A stretch of 7,340 nt of DNA. Origin: Erysipelotrichaceae bacterium (GTDB lineage Bacteria; Bacillota_I; Bacilli_A; Erysipelotrichales; Coprobacillaceae). Positions 1 through 6,310 of this stretch are shown piece after piece; the first letter of the stretch is position 1, and each line of letters opens with the position of its first letter. The notes under the pieces were generated by a model that ran no database searches, was not told the origin of the DNA, and saw nothing but the letters and a program-made list of their open reading frames with translations. The position numbers were made by a program, and so were the translations under genes. Location of the stretch: positions 1 to 7,340 of the forward strand of contig JAQVDW010000050.1 in the NCBI GenBank assembly GCA_028698185.1, read 5' to 3'.

Positions 1-27
1 AGCCGGGGCGCAATCGATTTTAACGAT

Positions 28-55
28 AAGAAAAAGACAGAATCAATCTGTCTTT
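28..55 (-). terminator. Probable rho-independent terminator of the MFS transporter gene
   Basis: The minus-strand RNA reads AAAGACAGA-UUGAU-UCUGUCUUU (arms at 47..55 and 33..41) and runs into UUCUUAUCG. The stem is 9 bp and AT-rich. The TGA stop codon (43..45) lies in the loop. Confidence 0.45.
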
Positions 56-1203
56 TCGTCCTTGAAGAAAAATGCCATGACCAATGCCACAATCGCTGCA
101 GCGGTGGTCAGATAATACATAAATTGGAACCCTTGTAGACCAGTGAAGCTATCAAGCAGTTTTCCCGAGATGACCATGAAAATCAGTGGCGAAAGGCCCC
201 TTGCGAGCATCGCCGAGATCCCATAAGCGGAGCTGACATATCTTTCGTCGACAATCTCCACCACAATCCTTACCGAAAGCAGGATCATGACAATCATCGT
301 CAGCCCCTGGAAGAAAAATACAACCATGATCATAAACGGCGAAGGCATGGTCGAGTACCAGACATAGCGGATGATTGTGACAACTATCGCAAAAACCATC
401 AGGCTCCGATAGGAAAAGCGGCGGAACACCCGGTCCGAAAACAGGATCATTGGAATTTCCGAAAGCACGCTTAAAAACAGCGTCGTTCCAACGATTGTGG
501 TCGTCCCCCCAAGCTCCTGGATGAACAGGGGCAGATAGGTGAACTGGGCCGTGAACGACCCCTGGTACATGAACAGGATCATCGTGAACAGGATGAATTT
601 TTTGTTTTTGATCAGGGCACCGAGCACTTCCGTGGTAGTGACTTTGCCTTGATGTTCGCTTTCATGGAGCATAATGTCTTCCATCCCTAAAAATCCAAAG
701 ATCGTCAAAGCGATCCCGGCGACAAATATGTAATAAATCATCATCGGACCGATATTGTCATAGACAAAACCGGCCAGCTGGGCCGCAGTCGCAAAACAGA
801 TCGATCCCCACACCCTGATGGAACCATACGAATACTTGGAAGCGATGGCCAGCCGGTCAGAAAGAGCCACGGTTCCGTTCATGAACCCCTGGGTGAACCC
901 GTTCATCAAAAACAAAAAGACGAACGACTTGGTGTAGCCAAAAAGCAATCCGGCCACGATAGCCAGCGACAGCGTCACCATCCCGACCTTCTTTGGCGAG
1001 CGGAACCTGTCTGCCATAAAGCCGGTAAATGGCTGCATGAACATCGAGAAAAATGCGGCCGATGACGATATCAGCGATATCTGCGTAGCCGAAGCCCCCT
1101 TGCCTGCCAGAATTACCGAAATAATGCTGACAAACGTCCCAAACGAGAAATAAAACATCCCATTGGCCAGGGCATAGCGAAAATAACTTCCCTTTCCAAA
1201 CAT
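43..1203 (-). CDS. MFS transporter, HcaT/LacY-like (MFS_1_like type), substrate unknown; 386 aa
   Basis: This is ORF-track frame 43..1239. I place the start at ATG 1203..1201 (Met13 of the track protein) because GGGAGGG (1210..1216) lies 6 nt upstream, and the ATG at 1239 has no SD. The protein is hydrophobic throughout, with about 12 predicted TM segments. GFMADRFRSPKK fits the MFS loop 2-3 motif. YGSIRVWGSICFA closely parallels the YGKVRLWGSVAF segment I recall from E. coli HcaT. Confidence 0.85.
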   Translation of the reverse strand: MFGKGSYFRYALANGMFYFSFGTFVSIISVILAGKGASATQISLISSSAAFFSMFMQPFTGFMADRFRSPKKVGMVTLSLAIVAGLLFGYTKSFVFLFLMNGFTQGFMNGTVALSDRLAIASKYSYGSIRVWGSICFATAAQLAGFVYDNIGPMMIYYIFVAGIALTIFGFLGMEDIMLHESEHQGKVTTTEVLGALIKNKKFILFTMILFMYQGSFTAQFTYLPLFIQELGGTTTIVGTTLFLSVLSEIPMILFSDRVFRRFSYRSLMVFAIVVTIIRYVWYSTMPSPFMIMVVFFFQGLTMIVMILLSVRIVVEIVDERYVSSAYGISAMLARGLSPLIFMVISGKLLDSFTGLQGFQFMYYLTTAAAIVALVMAFFFKDEKTD

Positions 1204-1302
1204 CAAAAACCCTCCCTGAACTCTCTTTAAACTCAACATCTCTTTTAAGAGTTAGTTAATATTAAACCATAAAGTTCAATGAATGAATGGATATTTTAAT
1301 AA

Positions 1303-1320
1303 AATGAAAATGTTTTCATT
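1303..1320. promoter_or_regulatory. Perfect 8-bp inverted repeat, a cre-like / LacI-family-type operator candidate upstream of the MFS gene
   Basis: The sequence is AATGAAAA-TG-TTTTCATT. The inner 14-mer TGAAAATGTTTTCA (1305..1318) differs from the CcpA cre consensus TGWAANCGNTNWCA only at the central C (T here). It lies 100-117 bp upstream of the MFS start codon and just downstream of the csp terminator. Confidence 0.4.
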
Positions 1321-1353
1321 GGGTTCAGTGTATTTCCGGGCCGATTAGAACAC

Positions 1354-1379
1354 AAAAAAACTAACCGGTTAGGGTTAGT
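1354..1379 (-). terminator. Rho-independent terminator of the cold-shock gene
   Basis: The minus-strand RNA reads ACUAACC-CUAACC-GGUUAGU followed by UUUUUU (arms at 1373..1379 and 1360..1366, U-tract at 1354..1359). It starts 21 nt after the csp TAA stop. Confidence 0.65.
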
Positions 1380-1400
1380 CGTTTTAGCTGTTAGTTATAA

Positions 1401-1607
1401 TTATTTAATTACAGTAACGTTTGCTGCTTGTTCACCACGATCAGAAGTAACGATATCGAATTGTACGCTATCTCCGTCATTTAAAGTTTTGAACCCGCTA
1501 GTGTTGATTGCTGAGAAGTGAACGAAGATGTCGTTTTTCCCACCATCAATTGTAATGAATCCAAATCCTTTTTCTTGGTTAAACCATTTTACTTTTCCTG
1601 TTTCCAT
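1401..1607 (-). CDS. csp: Cold-shock protein, CspA family (68 aa, single CSD)
   Basis: The translation [18 protein letters not shown]...DIFVHFSAI carries the RNP1 (KGFGFI) and RNP2 (VFVHF-like, here IFVHF) motifs of the cold-shock domain. AGGAGG (1618..1623) lies 10 nt upstream of the ATG. The stop codon is TAA. Confidence 0.97.
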   Translation of the reverse strand: METGKVKWFNQEKGFGFITIDGGKNDIFVHFSAINTSGFKTLNDGDSVQFDIVTSDRGEQAANVTVIK

Positions 1608-1624
1608 CGTAAAGAAACCTCCTG

Positions 1625-1640
1625 TTTTTATTAATAAAAA
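1625..1640 (-). promoter_or_regulatory. 16-nt all-A/U perfect palindrome in the csp leader, next to the SD
   Basis: The minus strand reads UUUUUAUUAAUAAAAA followed by CAGGAGG. It could fold as a 6-bp A-U stem with a UUAA loop ending 1-2 nt before the SD. Confidence 0.35.
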
Positions 1641-1647
1641 GCCTTAT

Positions 1648-1697
1648 ATAAAAACAAAGCACCCACCAATGACTATAATATAGACAATAGGTGGGTG
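1648..1697 (-). terminator. Rho-independent terminator after the nucleotidyltransferase gene; may also act as a leader hairpin for csp
   Basis: The minus-strand RNA has an outer stem CACCCACC / GGUGGGUG (1690..1697 and 1660..1667). An inner CUAU-AUU-AUAG extension sits in the 22-nt loop. The hairpin is followed by CUUUGUUUUUAU. Confidence 0.6.
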
Positions 1698-1699
1698 AA
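1672..1699 (-). promoter_or_regulatory. Candidate csp promoter P2, embedded in the terminator hairpin
   Basis: -35 TTCACC (1694..1699), a 16-nt spacer, then -10 TATAGT (1672..1677). This would give a leader of about 60 nt. It is an alternative to P1, and I cannot choose between them from sequence. Confidence 0.3.
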
Positions 1700-1737
1700 C
1701 ACTGTAATTGAATATTATTGCTAGTTATCGTAAATTT

Positions 1738-1766
1738 AGAATACCATGTTTAGTAAGCAATTACAA
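1738..1766 (-). promoter_or_regulatory. Candidate csp promoter P1 (extended -10)
   Basis: -35 TTGTAA (1761..1766), a 17-nt spacer, then TGgTATTCT (1738..1746). This would give a leader of about 120 nt containing the 1648..1697 hairpin and U-tract. Confidence 0.3.
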
Positions 1767-1789
1767 GTATTTTGTTCTAATATATTGAT

Positions 1790-2713
1790 TTATTTTTCAG
1801 ACCACAGCTTTTCCGGGTATTTTCCCGCACTGATCAGTTCGCCCAACTGGCTGATGACCTCAGCCTTGTCGGCCGCATAAGTGACCCCAAACCATTTGTC
1901 AGTCGTTTCCAGCAGGCTTACCTGGGCTAGTTTGTCCTGGATCAGGCTGTCGACAAAGATCGGCAGCAGGTATTCCCCGGTGAGTTCGTCCTTGGAAGAG
2001 TCGGCCAAAAAGTCGACAAAACCTTGATGCAATTTTGCGATGAAATCGGGATAACCGCCCCACATGTTCATCGACACATGGCTGTCAAGACAGGCGAGCA
2101 CATCGGTTCCGTTGTCATTGTGGATAACTTCACCGGCTTCGTTCTGGTAGATGCCTTTGGTTTCCACCACCTTTGAAAGCTTGCTTGATTCATCGACGAC
2201 GCAGATTCCTCTTGTGACCGCCCCATTGTCGCTCAAGGTGTTTTTCAGGATGAAGCCGGCCATGCAAAGGTCGATTGGCGCCTTGGTTTCATGCTCTTGA
2301 GTCAGATAGTTGTAAATCAGTTTGAATGCCGTCTTGCCATAGTAGTCGTCGGCATTGATGATGACAAAGGGCTCCTTGACCACATCCTTGCAGCAAAGAA
2401 CGGCCTGTCCGGTTCCCCAAGGCTTTTTCCTGTCTAGGGGCAGGTCAAATCCTTCAGGCAGGTCATTTAGTTCCTGGAAGACATATTCGACGTTTGTCAC
2501 TTGCGCAATCCGATCACCGAGTGTTTCCCTGACGATTGCTTCGAGATCCTTGCGGATGATGAAGACGACTTTGTTGAAGCCGGCCTCGAGGGCGTCATAG
2601 ATCGAATACTCCATCAGGATTTCGCCATTGGGCCCCATTTTCTCCAATTGTTTGATTCCCTCACCATAGCGGCTCCCCATTCCGGCCGCCATGATAATTA
2701 AAGTTGCACTCAT
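1790..2713 (-). CDS. Sugar-phosphate nucleotidyltransferase family protein (NTP_transferase / GT-A fold), 307 aa
   Basis: The N-terminal LIIMAAGMGSRYG matches the G-x-G-x-R pyrophosphorylase signature. KPWGTGQAV and IINADDYY match the conserved sugar/nucleotide-binding segments of GalU/RmlA-like enzymes. A GAAGGGA SD lies 9 nt upstream of the ATG. The stop codon is TAA. Confidence 0.8.
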   Translation of the reverse strand: MSATLIIMAAGMGSRYGEGIKQLEKMGPNGEILMEYSIYDALEAGFNKVVFIIRKDLEAIVRETLGDRIAQVTNVEYVFQELNDLPEGFDLPLDRKKPWGTGQAVLCCKDVVKEPFVIINADDYYGKTAFKLIYNYLTQEHETKAPIDLCMAGFILKNTLSDNGAVTRGICVVDESSKLSKVVETKGIYQNEAGEVIHNDNGTDVLACLDSHVSMNMWGGYPDFIAKLHQGFVDFLADSSKDELTGEYLLPIFVDSLIQDKLAQVSLLETTDKWFGVTYAADKAEVISQLGELISAGKYPEKLWSEK

Positions 2714-2746
2714 AATTCAATTTCCCTTCTTAAACTTCTATGTCAT

Positions 2747-2779
2747 ATTTTACCACAATATCCAGGATGTTATCCAGTA
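2747..2779 (-). promoter_or_regulatory. Candidate extended -10 promoter for the nucleotidyltransferase gene
   Basis: The minus strand reads TGgTAAAAT (2747..2755). Only a weak -35 (TGGATA) lies 18 nt upstream. The region also carries the direct repeat CTGGATA x2 and the small palindrome GGAT-AAC-ATCC. Confidence 0.35.
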
Positions 2780-2817
2780 AAATTTGTCTTACAAAAACAA
2801 CAGCGGTGCCGATGGCG

Positions 2818-4773
2818 TCAATCAAGGAGTTCCTGGAGCCCCTGATAAACCATCACCATCGCCAGCGTGTCGAGCTCGCAATACTTCAACAAAGCCTTTT
2901 GCAGGGCCGCCCGTTCCCCTTCTCCCATCTGGGTGAATTGCATCTTGCAATAGGCCATCAAAGCCGCTCCGCCGTTTTTTAGATATTCGTCATCGCTCAA
3001 TCGGTCGAGCTGGGCCAGGTCGAGGTCATCGAACACCTGGGGCAGCAACGTATAAGGATCCAGGATCTTTTCGTCCCTGGTGACAACCCAGGTGAAATCC
3101 TTGAAGTTAAGACTTTTGATGCCATTCTGGCTGCCATAGATCGGCTTCGAGTAGATCCGTTGGAGCATGCTTGATGAGTTGAGTATGGCCGGGAGCACAT
3201 ATTTGATTGACACCGACCCTTTGGTCGCCGGATCGTAGTGGTATTTCTTGACAATCTCGCAAAGGTCGACCAGGTTGCGGTCTCCCTGCCATTTTCGCGG
3301 TGATCCGGTTATTGACTTGGTGATTTTCTCGATGAAATCCTGGAGTTCCTTTCGGTCAGGTTCGTTGGAGTTTGCCAGCTGGCTGTGGATCATGTTCAAA
3401 TAGGTGTTTTCATGGGTGGCATAGCGGAAAATCGTCCCCTGGTCGCTTTCAAGCTGGCGTTTGAGTTCGCGGACAAATCCGAAGTTGGGAAAGTGGCCCG
3501 GATTGGCGTCGAGATACTCTCCGGCATGTTCGATTGAACCGTCCGCGTAAAGGATATGGTGGGAAAACTGGAAGGCGATTCCCTCATAGGGGTGGCGCCC
3601 TTTGGTGAAGGGAATGGCTACCATAGCCGTCTCGAAGTCGATGAAATGAAGCGGATATTCATGGCGGGCCAGCTCCTGTTGGAGACCTGTTTTGATGGCA
3701 TAAGGCCTGGCATCGCGTTCCTGGATTTTGGCCACCTGGAGATAGTGGCGCGATTCGACATTCAGTTGCGATGCCCCTTCGAGTTCGCCGGCAAAGTACC
3801 CTTTTGGCACATCACTTAGCAGATAGATACCCTTGTTTAAAAGGTCATCCTTGTTCTTGAAGTTCCAGATATCCAGCACCAGTGGCCCTTCGAGCTGGTC
3901 GGCGGACAGTCCGGTCACACTTTTCCAGCATTCATGGAAGCCGCTTTTGCAGCCCTGGTTAATCTGATCGAGACTGGCATGGTACTCGCAGTCCTTGCAC
4001 GCCTTGGAAAGAGGCATTGCTATCCTGTGGTTTAGCAGCAGGTTGTCCCGAAGCATATCGACAAATGCCTCGAATTCATAGCTGCGGCCGTTGAAATTAA
4101 CCGGCTGGGTGTAGATGATCTGGCAGATCTCATTGCCGGCCACCTTGAGAAGTAGCGGAAAATCGAGGTCTTCTTCAGTAAGCTCCTTGACTATAACCCT
4201 GCTTTTACCCTGATGTTTTTCCAGCAGGAACTTCTGGTTGAGTCCGTCGACCGGGCAGATCGCACTCTTGTCCACGAGCATCAAAGAACCAAACACCGGC
4301 TTGTCCAGCGCCCTATCAGCCACATATTTCTGGAACGCCAGGTCGTAGAAGTATTCCTGCCACTCGCTTTTGACCATGTGCTTCTTGGTCAGAAAACTGT
4401 CTTTTTGGGGGCTGTAGCTTTTAGCCTTGACTTCGATCAGTTCGATGATCCCATCATGCTGGTGGAGGATGTCGACCCGGATAAAGAAATTTCCGAACCT
4501 GAGTGCCGCTTCGAAGATGACGACTTCATCCTGGTTCAATAGTTCCCTGGTCTGTCTTATCGCTTTTTCTTGATTCATCTCCTGGATAAAGTGGCCTTGG
4601 GGATAGTACGCCCTTGCCAGGGCCCCCACCTGGAACCCCCCGTCGGCTAGCGCCTCAATGAACGGATCGGATTCTCGAGTATTGATATAGCCTGGATTGG
4701 TGGCGTAGAACAGTTTAGTTGGACATTGCAGCGCCTGTTTGAATAATGATTTGGTAAGAATATTGGTATTCAT
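2818..4773 (-). CDS. DUF2779-type protein: N-terminal Cas4/RecB-like PD-(D/E)XK nuclease with Cys cluster fused to a C-terminal DEDDy-like exonuclease-type module; 651 aa, function unknown
   Basis: AAGGAG lies 6 nt upstream of ATG 4773. N-terminal motifs: QC17P, FE88A, RVD101IL, E111LIE114VK116, Q148KY150. The Cys cluster is C259-x2-C262-x12-C275-x6-C282. C-terminal motifs: HFID379FE381T, PYEGIAFQFSHH, Y631CELD635. The HFIDFET...FQFSHH pattern is what I recall as the hallmark of the Pfam DUF2779 family. Confidence 0.75.
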   Translation of the reverse strand: MNTNILTKSLFKQALQCPTKLFYATNPGYINTRESDPFIEALADGGFQVGALARAYYPQGHFIQEMNQEKAIRQTRELLNQDEVVIFEAALRFGNFFIRVDILHQHDGIIELIEVKAKSYSPQKDSFLTKKHMVKSEWQEYFYDLAFQKYVADRALDKPVFGSLMLVDKSAICPVDGLNQKFLLEKHQGKSRVIVKELTEEDLDFPLLLKVAGNEICQIIYTQPVNFNGRSYEFEAFVDMLRDNLLLNHRIAMPLSKACKDCEYHASLDQINQGCKSGFHECWKSVTGLSADQLEGPLVLDIWNFKNKDDLLNKGIYLLSDVPKGYFAGELEGASQLNVESRHYLQVAKIQERDARPYAIKTGLQQELARHEYPLHFIDFETAMVAIPFTKGRHPYEGIAFQFSHHILYADGSIEHAGEYLDANPGHFPNFGFVRELKRQLESDQGTIFRYATHENTYLNMIHSQLANSNEPDRKELQDFIEKITKSITGSPRKWQGDRNLVDLCEIVKKYHYDPATKGSVSIKYVLPAILNSSSMLQRIYSKPIYGSQNGIKSLNFKDFTWVVTRDEKILDPYTLLPQVFDDLDLAQLDRLSDDEYLKNGGAALMAYCKMQFTQMGEGERAALQKALLKYCELDTLAMVMVYQGLQELLD

Positions 4774-4797
4774 GCTTTTCTCCTTGATTTTCCCTTT

Positions 4798-4825
4798 AAA
4801 AAAGGACAGACTCGCGCCTATCCTT
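4798..4825 (-). terminator. Weak terminator-like hairpin between the USP and DUF2779 genes
   Basis: The minus-strand RNA reads AAGGAUAG-GCGCGAGU-CUGUCCUU (8 bp including one G-U pair), followed by UUUU then AAAGGG. It starts 13 nt after the USP stop codon and ends about 14 nt before the nuclease SD. Confidence 0.35.
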
Positions 4826-4837
4826 GCATGTATCGAT

Positions 4838-5704
4838 TCAATCCCTTTTTGCCGGGATCAACAATACGGGACAGCTTGATGTCCGTGAAAGATGATGGGA
4901 CACACTGCCTAGATAAATTTCCTTGACGAAGCCCCGACCCTGCGATCCCATGATCACCATCGTGACGTTGTCCTCATCGATGATCTTGAGCAGTTCCTGG
5001 GTCGGTGAACCATATGCGACCTTCACTTCGATGTTGGGCACATTGTACCGGCACAGTTCCTGTTTGAGTTCCTCGAGCTTTTCAAGAGCCAGCGCCTTGA
5101 AGTCATCAACCGGCTTTGACAGATATTCTTCAAGCCAGCTTTGCTTAATGACATGGACCAGGGTTATCTTTTCCACATCGCATTTGGTCAATTCCTTGAG
5201 CTTTTCAAAGGCCAGGTTGGCGTTGTCGGAAAAGTCGGTCGGGAACAGGATATGGCGGGTGTATTCGCCCGGTTCGTCATCTTTTTGCGCTTCCCCGGTT
5301 GTCCTGATCACGAATACCGGCAGGTTGGTCTTGTGGATCACATCATAGGAAACCCCGCCAAACAGAAATTCGCCGACCATGGTATGGCGCGCTGAACCGA
5401 CCACAATCAGCTCGTAGCCTTCACTTGCACCGATCTTGTTGATCTGTTTGACAATATCGCCATCGATCAGCCGTTTCGACTTGACCACCAGACCCACTTC
5501 CATCAAAATCTTGATCTGTCGGTCAAGATTTTCCTTGAGAAAGTCACTGAAATGGAAGGAAACCAGCGACATTTCCTCATAGCTGGTGACACACTGGATA
5601 AGCAGGCATTCCTTTACTCCAAGTTCCTTTAGCTGACGTGCTTTTTTGACCAGCTCTTCTTCATTGAATGAAATCTCCGCTACTATTATTACCTTGTTGA
5701 ACAT
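4838..5704 (-). CDS. Universal stress protein, tandem UspA-domain type; 288 aa
   Basis: This is ORF-track frame 4838..5713. I prefer ATG 5704..5702 as the start because AAGGAG lies 8 nt upstream, and the GTG at 5713 directly abuts the SD. The C-terminal domain has the canonical USP ATP motif G253-x2-G256-x9-G266-S (GSQGRGFVKEIYLGS) and ends in PVLLIP. The N-terminal domain has a degenerate version of the motif (GSARHTMVGEFLFGG). Confidence 0.85.
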   Translation of the reverse strand: MFNKVIIVAEISFNEEELVKKARQLKELGVKECLLIQCVTSYEEMSLVSFHFSDFLKENLDRQIKILMEVGLVVKSKRLIDGDIVKQINKIGASEGYELIVVGSARHTMVGEFLFGGVSYDVIHKTNLPVFVIRTTGEAQKDDEPGEYTRHILFPTDFSDNANLAFEKLKELTKCDVEKITLVHVIKQSWLEEYLSKPVDDFKALALEKLEELKQELCRYNVPNIEVKVAYGSPTQELLKIIDEDNVTMVIMGSQGRGFVKEIYLGSVSHHLSRTSSCPVLLIPAKRD

Positions 5705-5754
5705 ATTCACCACTCCTTTTGAATATCATCATCAATATGGAATCACAAATCTTG

Positions 5755-6234
5755 TCATTTTATAAGTTCAATCAATTTTCTGGCCCATTCAACCGCGTTT
5801 GTTTCTTCACCGACCGCCAGCGGTCCCTCGCTGTCGACCACATAGACTTCCAAAGGTTCCCCGATCAGGATTCCCCCTGATTTGAGCACCGCCTTTTTAA
5901 GATCGTCAGTCGCATACCCGAAATGTCCGGCCATGAATTTCAAAAACTTGTTGTCGATCTTGGCGACATCGGCCCGGGTGTCGAAAATGGCGATTTTCAG
6001 TTTGGGGTCGGCCTTGATGCTGGCCACTAAGGCCGCCTTGAGTTCCTTGGTTGCGCGAAAGGCCCGGGTCGGAGAACCGAAGATGGCCAGATCGTGACCG
6101 ACGATCATGTCAAGATGGCAGCTGTCTACTTTACTCACCCAGACTTCATTGTCCGCTTTTAAGGTATCGCCAATAGCCTCTGCAATCCTCTGGGTATTGC
6201 CAAAATATGAGTCATAAATCACCGCAATTTTCAT
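5755..6234 (-). CDS. Flavodoxin family protein (short-chain); 159 aa
   Basis: This is ORF-track frame 5755..6258. I prefer ATG 6234..6232 (MKIAVIYDSYFGNT...) as the start because AAGGAG lies 9 nt upstream. IAVIYDSYFGNTQRIA fits the flavodoxin FMN phosphate-binding signature (S/T-x-x-G-N-T). The protein length is typical of flavodoxins. Confidence 0.8.
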   Translation of the reverse strand: MKIAVIYDSYFGNTQRIAEAIGDTLKADNEVWVSKVDSCHLDMIVGHDLAIFGSPTRAFRATKELKAALVASIKADPKLKIAIFDTRADVAKIDNKFLKFMAGHFGYATDDLKKAVLKSGGILIGEPLEVYVVDSEGPLAVGEETNAVEWARKLIELIK

Positions 6235-6310
6235 GGCTGTCCACTCCTTTTTTATCATATTTAATAAACAAAAACGTCAAAAATCGGCATAATGCTCCAC
6301 TTCTAACTTC

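Noticed and set aside
10-19. The 10-mer GCAATCGATT occurs at both 10..19 and 6334..6343, each next to a terminator.
   Set aside because: A shared 10-mer is expected by chance many times in a 7.3-kb window when both strands are considered. The similarity does not extend beyond the 10 bases.
1204-1239. N-terminal extensions of the ORF-track models: the MFS start at 1239, the USP GTG at 5713 and the flavodoxin ATG at 6258.
   Set aside because: In each case a strong SD (GGGAGGG, AAGGAG, AAGGAG) lies inside the extension, 6-9 nt before an internal ATG. That internal ATG also gives the family-typical N-terminus. The upstream starts have no SD.
2781-2817. A possible terminator after the DUF2779 gene (GCC-AUC-GGC followed by GUUGUUUUUG).
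   Set aside because: The stem is only 3 bp and is separated from the U-run. It is too weak to call, so I treat read-through into the nucleotidyltransferase gene as possible.
2997-3587. Minus-strand out-of-frame ORFs nested in the DUF2779 gene (2997..3254, 3107..3292, 3396..3587).
   Set aside because: They are alternative frames of a gene whose main frame carries strong motifs. The translations are Arg/Ser/Pro-rich and no SD is present.
2818-4773. The idea that the Cas4-like domain marks a CRISPR-Cas locus.
   Set aside because: There is no repeat-spacer array and no other cas gene in the window. The domain is fused to DUF2779 rather than standing beside cas1/cas2.
5722-5748. A Rex-box-like half site TTGTGA, and a possible internal promoter (TTGTGA-17 nt-TATTCA), in the flavodoxin-USP spacer.
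   Set aside because: The second half site (TCACAA) is absent. The -10 is poor, and a transcript from it would start essentially on the SD. This is not enough to report as a feature.
6261-6290. A 9-codon mini-ORF (MPIFDVFVY) in the flavodoxin leader, and Fur-like TGATAA fragments nearby.
   Set aside because: The GGAG upstream of the mini-ORF lies only 4 nt from its ATG. There is no evidence of conservation. The Fur-like match is a single hexamer in AT-rich DNA.
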